NCBI GenBank assembly: GCA_016218805.1
Contig: JACRCW010000136.1
Coordinates: 49,539-69,538 of the forward strand
Source: Deltaproteobacteria bacterium
GTDB taxonomy: Bacteria; Myxococcota; JACRCW01
Direction: 5' to 3'
Length of the DNA: 20,000 nt
In this document: positions 1-8,859 of the stretch, in pieces
Layout: each line of letters opens with the position of its first letter
Position numbering within the stretch: position 1 is the first letter of the stretch
Notes under the pieces: generated by a model
Seen by the model: the letters and a program-made list of their open reading frames with translations, nothing else
Databases searched by the model: none
Told to the model about the DNA's origin: nothing
Translations under genes and position numbers: made by a program

Positions 1-89
1 CGGGGACGTCCCTTGGCCGCGGGGCGGTCGCCCCGGGTAACCCCTTATCCTTCCAAATCTCCGCGCCCGTGGAAAGGCAGTCCGCCGCC

Positions 90-827
90 TCACGGGGAGG
101 GTGCCGGCGCCTGGGGCGGGCCGCTGGCAAGAGCCTTGGCGGCACCCGCCACCCGGTGCGCAAACCCCGTGTTGTCCGGCCGGTCCCGCAGGCGCACCCA
201 CCCGTCCGCGTCAATGATGAACGTGGTGAAGGAGCTGATGCCCAGCGGCCGCACCAGGGCGCCACCGCTGGGGTCCAGCACCAGCCGGTCATCCAGTCCG
301 TTGTCCATGGCCCAGGCCAGCCGCGCGCCGCCAAAGGCCACGTTGACCACCGGCAGCCCCGCCAAATCCAGCCCGCCCTGTTGCACCAGCCCACGCCACG
401 CATCCACGGCGGCCTGGCAGTCCGCACAGCCCTCCAGCCACACGTTGACCACCACCGGCGTGGACATGGGGAGGGTCACCTGGCCGCGGGGGCCGTCCAG
501 CGTGATGGGCCCGGCAATCCGCTGCGCCGTGGTGCGGGCCGTCACGGCGGGATGCTTGGGCGCCAGCCAACCGGACCGCTGCACCGCCGAATGCAGCACC
601 GCCCCCGTCGCCACCGACCCGGCAATGAGCAGCACCGTGCCCCAGCGGGCGAGGAACCCCGGCCGGCGGCGGTTGAAGATGGCGGCGGGGGCGCTGGGGG
701 CGCGGTGGTGGGCGCTGGCCGCGGGTTCCGCATCCGCGCGCAGCAGGGCGGCGGCCTCCGGGGAAACGTCCCGGATGCCGTCAGGCGCCTGCGCCGTGCG
801 TGGTCTTTCCGCAGTCCGGGTCTCCAT
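90..827 (-). CDS. Membrane-anchored TlpA/ResA-like thioredoxin-fold protein
   Basis: Hydrophobic segment (WGTVLLIAGSVATGAVL), then VVVNVWLEGCADC (CxxC at 417-428) and TTFIIDADGWVR, matching the TlpA layout. Start taken at ATG 827; ATG 836 is the alternative but abuts a -10-like element. Confidence 0.7.
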   Translation of the reverse strand: METRTAERPRTAQAPDGIRDVSPEAAALLRADAEPAASAHHRAPSAPAAIFNRRRPGFLARWGTVLLIAGSVATGAVLHSAVQRSGWLAPKHPAVTARTTAQRIAGPITLDGPRGQVTLPMSTPVVVNVWLEGCADCQAAVDAWRGLVQQGGLDLAGLPVVNVAFGGARLAWAMDNGLDDRLVLDPSGGALVRPLGISSFTTFIIDADGWVRLRDRPDNTGFAHRVAGAAKALASGPPQAPAPSP

Positions 828-837
828 GGCGGGCATG

Positions 838-846
838 ATGCTAGCA
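838..846 (-). promoter_or_regulatory. Candidate extended -10 element (TGcTAGCAT)
   Basis: Minus strand reads TTTTGCTAGCATcatgcccgccATG: TGn plus TAnnnT, 10 nt before ATG 827, with no Shine-Dalgarno. Confidence 0.35.
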
Positions 847-870
847 AAACGCGCGGCCCCCGGGGGCGGT

Positions 871-1782
871 CTATGCCCGGCGCAGCACCGTCCCCAGCAC
901 CACCAGGCCGGCGGCCACCACGCCCAGCAGCAACACCACCGCCAGGCTCACCCCCACGCCGGCGGCATCCATCCAGAAGGCGCGCATGTACGGCTGGCGG
1001 CACTCCGCGTAGCTGTTGCACCCGTTGGGGAGCTTGTCCCCGCGGGTCTCCGCCCGGTCCACCGCCAGGATCATCCGCTGCGCCATGGCCAGGTCCACCG
1101 CAAACAGCACCACCCCCAGCCCCGCAACCAGCGCCCCCAGCAGGGATGCCGCCGCGCCAATGAACAGGACCGCGCTGCTGCCCCCGCCGACGATGGGGAC
1201 CCCGCAGCACTCCACCACGCGCTCGGTGCGCGCCTTGCGGCGGGGTGCGCGGCTGGTCCCCTCTGCGCGGTCCGGGTCCGCGCGGCCACGCTTGCTGCCG
1301 GTTGCCGCGGGCGGGTGCGGGGCCTTGCGCGGCGCGGGCTCCGGCGCCGCCTCGTCCGACGACGACGAGGGGGGCAGCGGGGCGGGCAGGGCGGCGGCGG
1401 GACCCTCCGGGACGGGAGGCGCCTCCGGGCCCCAGGTGAGCGGCTGGTCCGGGCTGGCGCGCGTGGCTGTGGCACCGGACAGGTCCCGCGCCTCCACGTA
1501 GAACGCAAACGGCCGCGCCTGCAGTACCGCCGGCACCGCGGCCACCAGCGTGTTCTCTTCCAGGCCGGCAACCAGTTCCACCGGTTCAAACGTCCCCCCG
1601 GCGCGCGCCAGGAACACGCGCCCGGACACCGGCCCGGAAGCGCCCGTGTGGCGCACCTCTACGGTGGAGGCGGTGCCCGCTTCAGAGAGGGTCACGCGCG
1701 CGTCAGTGAGGGTGAAGCCGTCAGCGCGGGCAGCCGCGGGGACGAGCAGCACGGCCGCAACGGCCAGGGAGAACCTCATCAT
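871..1782 (-). CDS. Hypothetical exported/membrane protein (signal peptide, beta-rich domain, Pro-rich linker, two C-terminal TM helices)
   Basis: MMRFSLAVAAVLLVPAAARA signal peptide with AxA site. Hydrophobic stretches AVLFIGAAASLLGALVAGLGVVLFAV and GVGVSLAVVLLLGVVAAGLVVLG. The upstream ORF extension overlaps accA and was discarded. Confidence 0.7.
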   Translation of the reverse strand: MMRFSLAVAAVLLVPAAARADGFTLTDARVTLSEAGTASTVEVRHTGASGPVSGRVFLARAGGTFEPVELVAGLEENTLVAAVPAVLQARPFAFYVEARDLSGATATRASPDQPLTWGPEAPPVPEGPAAALPAPLPPSSSSDEAAPEPAPRKAPHPPAATGSKRGRADPDRAEGTSRAPRRKARTERVVECCGVPIVGGGSSAVLFIGAAASLLGALVAGLGVVLFAVDLAMAQRMILAVDRAETRGDKLPNGCNSYAECRQPYMRAFWMDAAGVGVSLAVVLLLGVVAAGLVVLGTVLRRA

Positions 1783-1852
1783 GGCGGGCGCACTGTACAC
1801 GGTGCTGTCGACCTCCGGCACTGGGACGCCGGTGGTGGGCGGCCTATTGCCT

Positions 1853-2854
1853 TCAGCGCGTTCGTCGGCGCGTGCGGGCGCGGGCGCGCTCTTCCGGCTC
1901 GCGCGTGGGCTCCAAGGCCACGCCCATGGCGCGGTACTTGGCCCGCCGGTCCGCAATGCGCGTCTCCGCGTCCATGGACAGCAGCTGGTCCAGCTGGCGG
2001 TTGATCACGCGCTCCACGTTGGCCGCCGTCAGGCCCGGGTCGCGGTGGGCCCCGCCGCGGGCTTCGTCAATGACCTCGTCAATGATGCCCAGCTTCACCA
2101 GGTCCGGCGCCGTCAGCCGCATGGCCTCCGCCGCCTTGTCCGCATTGGCCGCGTCACGCCACAGGATGGACGCGCAGCCCTCCGGCGTGATGACGGAATA
2201 CGTGGTGTAGCGCAGCATGTTGATGCGGTCGGTCACGCCCAGGGCCAGCGCGCCGCCGCTGCCGCCCTCCCCAATGACGGTGGAGATGACCGGCACCCGC
2301 AGCTTCATCATCTCCTCCAGGTTCTCCGCAATGGCCTGGCTCTGCCCGCGCTCCTCCGCGCCAATGCCGGGATACGCGCCGGGCGTGTCAATGAACGTGA
2401 TGATGGGGCGGTCAAACCGCTCCGCCAGCTTCATCAGGCGCAGCGCCTTGCGGTAGCCCTCCGGCCGCGGCATGCCGAAGTTCCGCCGCAGGTTCTCCTT
2501 GGTCCCGCGCCCCTTCTGCTGGCCAATGACCATCACGCGCACGTCGTCCAGCCGCGCAAAACCGGCCACAATGGACTCGTCGTCCGCGAAGCGGCGGTCA
2601 CCGTGGAATTCCTGGAAATCGGTGAAGATGCGGCTGATGTAATCCAGGCTGTAGGGACGCCGCGGGTGGCGGGACAGCTGCACCATCTGCCAGCGCGTCA
2701 GCCGGCTGAAGATGTGGTCCCGCAGCGCCTCCGCCTTGTCCTCCAGGGCGCGGATCTGGTTCTCCAGGCGGGGGCCGCCCATCCGCCGCAACTCGGCAAT
2801 GCGGTGGTCCAACTCGGCAACGGGCTTTTCAAAGGGGAGGGTTGCAAGTGCCAT
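1853..2854 (-). CDS. accA: Acetyl-CoA carboxylase carboxyltransferase subunit alpha
   Basis: LPFEKP start, [66 protein letters not shown] and [14 protein letters not shown] are all AccA signatures. Confidence 0.97.
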   Translation of the reverse strand: MALATLPFEKPVAELDHRIAELRRMGGPRLENQIRALEDKAEALRDHIFSRLTRWQMVQLSRHPRRPYSLDYISRIFTDFQEFHGDRRFADDESIVAGFARLDDVRVMVIGQQKGRGTKENLRRNFGMPRPEGYRKALRLMKLAERFDRPIITFIDTPGAYPGIGAEERGQSQAIAENLEEMMKLRVPVISTVIGEGGSGGALALGVTDRINMLRYTTYSVITPEGCASILWRDAANADKAAEAMRLTAPDLVKLGIIDEVIDEARGGAHRDPGLTAANVERVINRQLDQLLSMDAETRIADRRAKYRAMGVALEPTREPEERARARTRRRTR

Positions 2855-2870
2855 GGTGAGTGGAACGGGC

Positions 2871-4007
2871 TCAGCGCTGGTCCACGCGCAGCATCTGGTT
2901 GCCCACGAGAATGAAGTCGTCCTGGGCCAGCGGGCGTTCGCCGCGGACGCGCAGGTAGGTGCCGTTGGAGGAGCCCAGGTCCCGCACAAACGCGCGGCCG
3001 GACTTGAACAGCACCACGCAGTGCTGCGCGGAGACAAACCCGTCCGCCGGGTAGGTGATCTCGCCCACCTCACGGCCCAGCTTGGTCTCCGGGGCGCGCA
3101 TCAGGCGGACCTCGCCCTGGCGCCCGTCATCCAGCAGCTGCACCAGCCGGCCCCACGGCGCCGGCTCCGCGGGCGAACCCCACGTCTTGCTGTCATCATC
3201 CGGGGCGCGCGCCTGCGCCTCGCGCGGCAGCGCATCCGCCAGCTCAAAGCGCAGCAGCTGGCGCCCCATCCGCAGAACGTCACCCGCGGCCAGCTCCACT
3301 TCGCCACGCAGGCGCACAAAGACGCCGTTCACGCTGCCCGTGTCCACCACGGACAGCCGGCTGCCCTGGAAGCGGAACGTGCAGTGCGTGGGCGAAACGT
3401 ACGGGTCCTCCAGCAGGATGATGCCGTTGAGGCGCCCGCACACCGTGTCCACGCCGGGCTTGAGGTTGAACGACATTCCCTCCTTGCCCGCGGGGTCAAT
3501 GCAGATGAGCTTTGCCTTGGGCTGCATGATCTGCTGCACGTCCGCGGCGTGCAGGAACATGGTCTGCTTGGCCACCGCGGCCGCCTGGGATTGCGGGTTG
3601 GGCATGGGGGCGTTGGTGTCCAGGCGGGCGCCGCATTCGCCGCAGAACTTCATGGCCGCGGGAACCGGGTTCTTGCAGATGGGACACGGCTGGCTGCCAG
3701 CGGGCGCTGCGGCGGCGGGGGCCGGGGCCGCCGCGGGAGGCGACCACGGGGCCGCCGCCACCGCCTGCGCCGTCCGGGCAGGGGCCGCCGGTGCGGGCGC
3801 GGGCGCTGGGGCAACCACCGGAGCGGGCTGGGGAGCCACGGCGGCGGGCGCCACCACCGGGGGCGCTGCAAACGCCACGGCGGGCGTGGCCACAGGCGCG
3901 GCGACGGGGGCGGCAGCCGGAGCGGCGCGCGGAAGCTCGGTGCCGCAGTCCAGGCAGAAGTTGAAGTGACCGGCGTTGTCTCGACCGCAGTTGGGGCAGA
4001 TGACCAT
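2871..4007 (-). CDS. Double zinc-ribbon, tandem FHA-domain protein
   Basis: CPNC..CLDC and CPIC..CGEC zinc ribbons separated by an Ala/Pro linker. Two FHA domains with intact GR, SxxH and SxNG motifs (CGR..VSPTH..GSVNG; LGR..VSAQH..GSSNG). Confidence 0.9.
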   Translation of the reverse strand: MVICPNCGRDNAGHFNFCLDCGTELPRAAPAAAPVAAPVATPAVAFAAPPVVAPAAVAPQPAPVVAPAPAPAPAAPARTAQAVAAAPWSPPAAAPAPAAAAPAGSQPCPICKNPVPAAMKFCGECGARLDTNAPMPNPQSQAAAVAKQTMFLHAADVQQIMQPKAKLICIDPAGKEGMSFNLKPGVDTVCGRLNGIILLEDPYVSPTHCTFRFQGSRLSVVDTGSVNGVFVRLRGEVELAAGDVLRMGRQLLRFELADALPREAQARAPDDDSKTWGSPAEPAPWGRLVQLLDDGRQGEVRLMRAPETKLGREVGEITYPADGFVSAQHCVVLFKSGRAFVRDLGSSNGTYLRVRGERPLAQDDFILVGNQMLRVDQR

Positions 4008-4208
4008 GGGTCGCGCCCTCCGGGATGCGCGGGTGGGGCGCGGGGCGTAGCCCGCGTGCTGGCGCGGCGTCAAACCCGGCAGCCGTCGAGGAAATGCGGC
4101 ACCGCGCGCGCGGACGTCCGTGGGCTTGCCAATGCGCGCGCCTGTGCAGCAGGGTGCGCGGCCCACGCTCCATGGGCTTGGGCGTGGCCAACCGGAGGAG
4201 TCCCAACC

Positions 4209-5399
4209 ATGCGAGCGTTGAAGGTGGCGGGCCTGCTGGCCCTGGGCGTGATGGCGGGTTGTGTGGAGAAGAAGAAGGACGGCGGCGGCACCACGCCACC
4301 CGCCCCGGCCCCGGCCTCTGCGGCGGCGCCCGCGCCGGCAGAGGAGACCGTGCTCTTTGGCGTGTACGGCTCCATGACCGGCGCCGAGGCCACCTTTGGC
4401 ATCTCCACCAAGCAGGGGATTGACCTGGCCGTGCAGGAACTCAACGCGGGCGGCGGGGTGCTGGGCAAGAAGGTCAAGACCATCGTCTATGACGACCAGG
4501 GCAAGCCGGAAGAGGCGGTCACCACGGTGACCAAGCTGGTGACGCAGGACAAGGTCCACGTCGTGCTGGGCGAAGTCGCCTCCAGCCGGTCGCTCGCGGC
4601 GGCGCCCATCTGCCAGAACAACAAGGTCCCGATGATCAGCCCGTCCTCCACCAATCCGCGGGTGACCGAGACGGGCGACTACATCTTCCGCGTGTGCTTC
4701 ATTGACCCGTTCCAGGGCACGGTGATGGCGGAGTTTGCCGCGGCGCACCTCAAGGTGAAGAACGTGGCCATCTTCCGTGACAAGGGCAGTGACTACTCCA
4801 TGGGCCTGGCGGACTACTTCCAGAAGGCGTTTGAGGTGCGCGGCGGGAAGATCGTGGCGGATGAGAGCTATTCGGCGAATGACCAGGATTTCAAGTCCCA
4901 GCTGACGGCGATGAAGGGCAAGAAGCCGGAGGCCATCTTTGTTCCCGGCTATTACACGCAGGTGGCGACGATCATCCGCCAGGCGCGCGAACTGAAGATG
5001 GAGATGCCATTCCTGGGCGGTGACGGGTGGGAGTCCAGCAAGTTGTTTGAAATTGGCGGCAAGGCGCTGGACGGCTGCTACTTCTCCAACCACACCAGCA
5101 ATGACGACCCGCGGCCGGAGTTGCAGGCGTTCATCAAGAAGTACACCGAGCAGTTCAAGGAGCCGCCGGACAGCCTGGCGGTGTTGGGGTACGACTCGGC
5201 GATGCTGGCGGCGGACGCCATCAGGCGCGCGGGCAAGCTGGACCGCACGGCCATGCGCGACGAGCTGGCCAAGACCAAGGGCTACAAGGGTGTCAGCGGC
5301 ACGGTGAACATTGACGAGCAGCGCAACGCGACCAAGCCGGCGGTGGTGCTGAAGATCCAGGACGGCAAGGCCAGCTTTGTCACGTCCATTGCGCCCTGA
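4209..5399 (+). CDS. ABC transporter substrate-binding lipoprotein, branched-chain amino acid (LivJ/LivK-like) family
   Basis: GGAGGA RBS upstream, lipobox MAGC, and family motifs GIDLAVQELNAGGGVLGKK, YDDQGKP, LGEVASS, PMISPSST, YIFRVCFID, DQDFKSQL and GYKGVSG. Confidence 0.92.
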   Translation: MRALKVAGLLALGVMAGCVEKKKDGGGTTPPAPAPASAAAPAPAEETVLFGVYGSMTGAEATFGISTKQGIDLAVQELNAGGGVLGKKVKTIVYDDQGKPEEAVTTVTKLVTQDKVHVVLGEVASSRSLAAAPICQNNKVPMISPSSTNPRVTETGDYIFRVCFIDPFQGTVMAEFAAAHLKVKNVAIFRDKGSDYSMGLADYFQKAFEVRGGKIVADESYSANDQDFKSQLTAMKGKKPEAIFVPGYYTQVATIIRQARELKMEMPFLGGDGWESSKLFEIGGKALDGCYFSNHTSNDDPRPELQAFIKKYTEQFKEPPDSLAVLGYDSAMLAADAIRRAGKLDRTAMRDELAKTKGYKGVSGTVNIDEQRNATKPAVVLKIQDGKASFVTSIAP

Positions 5400-5403
5400 C
5401 ACG

Positions 5404-5452
5404 CCTCCACCCGGGCGCCAGCCCGGGGGGAGGTCGGCGACGCCAGTCGCCG
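5404..5452. terminator. Twin GC-rich hairpins between convergent genes (probable bidirectional terminator or 3' stabiliser)
   Basis: CCTCCaCCCGGGC-GCCA-GCCCGGGgGGAGG (5404-5433) and CGGCGAC-GCCA-GTCGCCG (5435-5452). No U-tract. Confidence 0.55.
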
Positions 5453-5462
5453 GGTGGGGGGA

Positions 5463-6386
5463 TCAACGGCCTCCCCGCCTTCTCTTGGGCACTTCCACGG
5501 TATCCAGGTCCATGAGCGCCACCACATCCGGGTGCACCGCGCGCGCCTCTTCCAAGAGCGGCGTGACGTCGTCATAGCGCTGCGAGAAATGCGTGAGCGC
5601 CAGGCGCCGCGCACCGGCCTCAACCGCCATGCGCGCGGCCTGGGCGGCGGTGCAGTGGGCGTACTGGCGCGCTTCGTCCTCGTGCGCGGTGGCAAACGTG
5701 CTTTCCATGACCGCCAGGTCCGCGCCGCGCGCCAATTCCACGGCATTGCGGCACGGGCGGGTATCCATGACAAACGCAAACGCCTGACCCGGCCGCGGGT
5801 GGGACACGTCTTCACGCCGCACGGTGGTCCCGTTCACCCGCAGCGTCCCGTCCCGCTCGAGGTCGGCCACGCGGGGTCCGCGCACGCCGGCCTGCTCCAG
5901 CAGCGCCGCATCAAAGCTGACGCCGTCATGTTCCTGCAGGCGGTAGCCAAAGCAGTCCACGCGGTGCTCCAGCCGCCGGGTGGTCAGCGTGAATCCCTCC
6001 GTCCGCAGCAGCACGCCCTCCCGCTCCACCGGGTGCGGGTGGATGACCGCATTCTCCGCAAAGATGGACGCAAAACGCAGCTTTTCAAAGAACCGCTGGC
6101 CGCTGCCCGGGTAATACACGTGAATGGGATGGGCGGCGCGGTCCAGGTTGAGCCGCTGCACCACGCCGGCCAGGCCCAGGCAGTGGTCGCCGTGGAAGTG
6201 CGTGATGCAGATGTGCGTGATGGCGGAGGCGTTGAGGTTGGCAAAGGCCAGCTGGCGCTGGGTTCCTTCGCCGGGGTCAAACAGGATCCCCACGTCATCC
6301 CAGCGCAGGAACGCGCCGTGGTGGTTGCGCTTCTTGGTGGGCGCCTGGCTCTGCGTCCCCAGCGCAATGAACTCCCGCTTGCTCAT
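5463..6386 (-). CDS. rnz: Ribonuclease Z (tRNase Z, metallo-beta-lactamase fold)
   Basis: LGT, FDPGEGTQRQ, ITHFHGDHCLGL, LEHRV, exosite GVRGP, MDTRPC, ESTF, HCT and LTHFSQRY motifs. Confidence 0.95.
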   Translation of the reverse strand: MSKREFIALGTQSQAPTKKRNHHGAFLRWDDVGILFDPGEGTQRQLAFANLNASAITHICITHFHGDHCLGLAGVVQRLNLDRAAHPIHVYYPGSGQRFFEKLRFASIFAENAVIHPHPVEREGVLLRTEGFTLTTRRLEHRVDCFGYRLQEHDGVSFDAALLEQAGVRGPRVADLERDGTLRVNGTTVRREDVSHPRPGQAFAFVMDTRPCRNAVELARGADLAVMESTFATAHEDEARQYAHCTAAQAARMAVEAGARRLALTHFSQRYDDVTPLLEEARAVHPDVVALMDLDTVEVPKRRRGGR

Positions 6387-6865
6387 CCCGCCTCCGGGCG
6401 CCGCTTCACAAACAGCACTTCGCCATGCTGCGGGACAATCATCCCCGCCACCTCACCCACACGCGCGTAACCCAGCCGCGTGTAGAACGCCTGCCCGCGC
6501 GGGTTGAAACTGGAGCAGAACAGGAACAGCAGCGGCACGTGGCGGAACACCAGTTCCTCAACGTGGCGGACCATGGCTTCACCCACCTTCTGGCCGCGCG
6601 CTTCCGGCGCCACCGCCACGGTTCGGATGTACGCGGAATAGCCTATGAACCCGCGCGGCTCATACCGCACAAACCCCAGCAACCGCCCGCCCGGTTCCTC
6701 CTCCGCCACAATGCCGGGGATGGGGTGCTCCATGAGCGAGCGCAGCGCGTGCTCCTCGGTGACCCCCAGGGTGACCCACGGGTCGCTCCCGGCCATCAGG
6801 GTGGCGACGTCCCCGTAGTGGTGGGGCGCCAGCGGCCGGAGGTGGAAGGCGGGGGTGGGCGGCAT
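6383..6865 (-). CDS. GNAT-family N-acetyltransferase
   Basis: Acetyl-CoA motif VAVAPEARGQKVG and NPRGQAFYTRLGY. The stop overlaps the rnz start (ATGA). ATG 6892 is an alternative start but overlaps a TAGCAT -10-like element. Confidence 0.88.
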   Translation of the reverse strand: MPPTPAFHLRPLAPHHYGDVATLMAGSDPWVTLGVTEEHALRSLMEHPIPGIVAEEEPGGRLLGFVRYEPRGFIGYSAYIRTVAVAPEARGQKVGEAMVRHVEELVFRHVPLLFLFCSSFNPRGQAFYTRLGYARVGEVAGMIVPQHGEVLFVKRRPEAG

Positions 6866-6940
6866 GATTCGCGACGGGGTGGGGGACGGCATGCTACCGC
6901 TACGGGCGGGTGACCGTTAGCACCCGGGGCAAATCGGGCC

Positions 6941-8812
6941 GTGACCAAGTTCACCCCAACCGCCGCCGCGGGCGCGCTGCTCGGCGGCCGATATCGCGTA
7001 GAAACCGAGCTGGGGCGCGGTGGCATGGGCGTGGTCTACGCGTGCCTGGATGAGCCGCTGGGCCGCAAGGTGGCAGTCAAGACGCTGTCCGTGGGCCTGC
7101 TGGGCCGGGACCGTGAAGCGCGCATGCGGCGCTTCCAGCGCGAGGTGCAGGCGCTGGTGCAGCTGGACCACGGCGGCATCCTGCACATCTACGACGCGGG
7201 CGAGGCGGACGACCCCTCCGTGGGATGGGTGCTGTACTACGCCATGGAGCTCATTGAGGGTGAGACGCTGTCTGAGCGCCTCATCCGCGGCGGCGCCATG
7301 GAGCGCGGCCAGGCGTGCGCCGTGGTGCTCAAGTGCGCCGAAGCGCTGGGCACCGCGCACAACCGCGGCATCGTCCACCGGGACGTGAAGCCGGCCAACA
7401 TCTTCCTGGCCGAGGGCGGCCGCGTCGTCGTGGCGGACTTTGGGGTGTGCAAGATTGAGGGCGGCACGGAGATCACGCGCAAGGACCAGATGGTGGGCAC
7501 ACCGTCCTACCTGGCGCCCGAACAGATCCTGGGGCTGCCGGTGGATCCGCGCACGGACGTGTTTGCGCTGGGCGCGCTGTTGTACGTGCTCATCACCAAC
7601 AGCGCGCTGCGCCCGCAACTGGACCGCGCGGGCCTGTCCCGCCTGGCCGCCACCGACGACGCCGCCAACCGCGCACGCGCCATCAAGGGCGCGCCGGATG
7701 GCTTGCCGCAGATCATTGCGCGGGCGCTCGCGCGGGATCCCAAGGACCGCTACCCCAGCGGCACGGAGCTGGCTGAGGCGTTGGAGGCGTTTGCCACGCG
7801 CGTACCGCAGCCCTTTGAGGACGCGGCGGCATCCGCGGCGGCGGACGTCCCGCGCGCGGCGCTGGGCGGCGGGACCATGTCCGCGTTCACCAGCCAGCGG
7901 GAGTCCAGCACGCCCGGCGCCGGCGCCCCCGCCCGCCTGCCCGTGGACGCGGACCCGGACACCCTGGCTGAGGGCGGCCTGCCGCCCTCACTGTCTGAAA
8001 CGTCCAACCCCGTGGAAACCGCCGGCTACGCCCCGGAGGATGACGACGACCACGAGGTGACCGACCCGGTGCGCGCCGCGCCGCCCATGGAGGAGGCGGA
8101 GCAGACGGACCGCCGCGCGCAGGCGCCTGAACCGGTGCGGCCTGCCATGCAGACTTCGGGTCCGGGCGTGCGGGTGTCCACGTCACACGGGGTGCTGAAA
8201 GCGGAGGTCAACCGCGCTTCCAGCGTGCAGGCGGCGCCCGTGCAGGAGCGCGTGCGGACGCCGTCCACGCCCGCCGCGCCGGTGGCGTCCCCTGCGCCGG
8301 ACCTGGAGAAGACAGACCGCACGCGTGAGCGCCGCCGGCCTCCAGCGCTGTTGATGCGTGCGCTGGCGGCCCCGCCCTGGATGCTGATGGCGGGCGCGTT
8401 TGCGGCGGTGTTCCTGGTGGGGGGACTGGTGGCGCTGCTGACCCGGACGGCTCCCGCGGCGCCCCCGGTGGCCGCGGTGGCGCCGGTGGAGCCGGCTGCC
8501 GCACCCGCGGCGCCCGCGGAACCGGTGCCGGCGGTATGCCTGCGCAAGGCGGAGGGCACCCCCAACTACCGCGAAGTGCAGGCCCTGGTGGAGCGGGCCG
8601 GCGCGCTGGACAAGAAGGAGCCCCGCAAGGCGCAGCCGTTGTGGGAGAAGGCGCTGGCCATGGACCCGCAGGACTGGCAGGCGCACCGCGGCCTGGCGCG
8701 CACGCTCAAGAAGACCGGTCACGCGGACAAGGCGCGCGTCCACCTGCTGTGCGTCGTCGCCATCCGGCCCGGCACGGCGGAAGCGGATGAAGCGCAGGCT
8801 GAGCTGCGCTGA
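6941..8812 (+). CDS. Membrane-bound Hanks-type Ser/Thr protein kinase with a C-terminal TPR-like extracytoplasmic domain
   Basis: LGRGGMG, VAVK, HRDVKPAN, DFG, GTPSYLAPE, DVFALG. Long acidic/Pro linker, TM helix (WMLMAGAFAAVFLVGGLVALL) and a TPR-like tail (WEKALAMDPQDWQAHRGLA). Confidence 0.93.
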   Translation: MTKFTPTAAAGALLGGRYRVETELGRGGMGVVYACLDEPLGRKVAVKTLSVGLLGRDREARMRRFQREVQALVQLDHGGILHIYDAGEADDPSVGWVLYYAMELIEGETLSERLIRGGAMERGQACAVVLKCAEALGTAHNRGIVHRDVKPANIFLAEGGRVVVADFGVCKIEGGTEITRKDQMVGTPSYLAPEQILGLPVDPRTDVFALGALLYVLITNSALRPQLDRAGLSRLAATDDAANRARAIKGAPDGLPQIIARALARDPKDRYPSGTELAEALEAFATRVPQPFEDAAASAAADVPRAALGGGTMSAFTSQRESSTPGAGAPARLPVDADPDTLAEGGLPPSLSETSNPVETAGYAPEDDDDHEVTDPVRAAPPMEEAEQTDRRAQAPEPVRPAMQTSGPGVRVSTSHGVLKAEVNRASSVQAAPVQERVRTPSTPAAPVASPAPDLEKTDRTRERRRPPALLMRALAAPPWMLMAGAFAAVFLVGGLVALLTRTAPAAPPVAAVAPVEPAAAPAAPAEPVPAVCLRKAEGTPNYREVQALVERAGALDKKEPRKAQPLWEKALAMDPQDWQAHRGLARTLKKTGHADKARVHLLCVVAIRPGTAEADEAQAELR

Positions 8813-8859
8813 GCCTGTTGGTGAACCCCTCACACGCCCAACGGCGATTTCGCGGCCTC

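Noticed and set aside
13..2004. 663-aa plus-strand ORF and other long overlapping ORFs (69-1163, 1550-2914)
   Set aside because: Antisense shadow ORFs of real minus-strand genes. Low-complexity R/G/A/P content, expected at this GC level.
3690..3930. GC-rich quasi-repeats
   Set aside because: They encode the Ala/Pro linker of the FHA protein and are not a DNA repeat element.
4044..4073. TTGACG-N18-TACGCC as a sigma70 promoter for the FHA-accA unit
   Set aside because: The -10 lacks the conserved final T, so it is too weak to call without TSS data.
2712..5402. Apparent 895-aa (+) and 843-aa (-) fully overlapping ORFs
   Set aside because: Each is a real gene plus a stop-free antisense extension across its divergent neighbour. 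The true starts are 4209 and 4007.
5454..6470. 338-aa ORF opposite rnz; likewise 8830-10017, 10312-11580 and 18174-19850
   Set aside because: Mirror frames of well-supported genes with no recognisable motifs.
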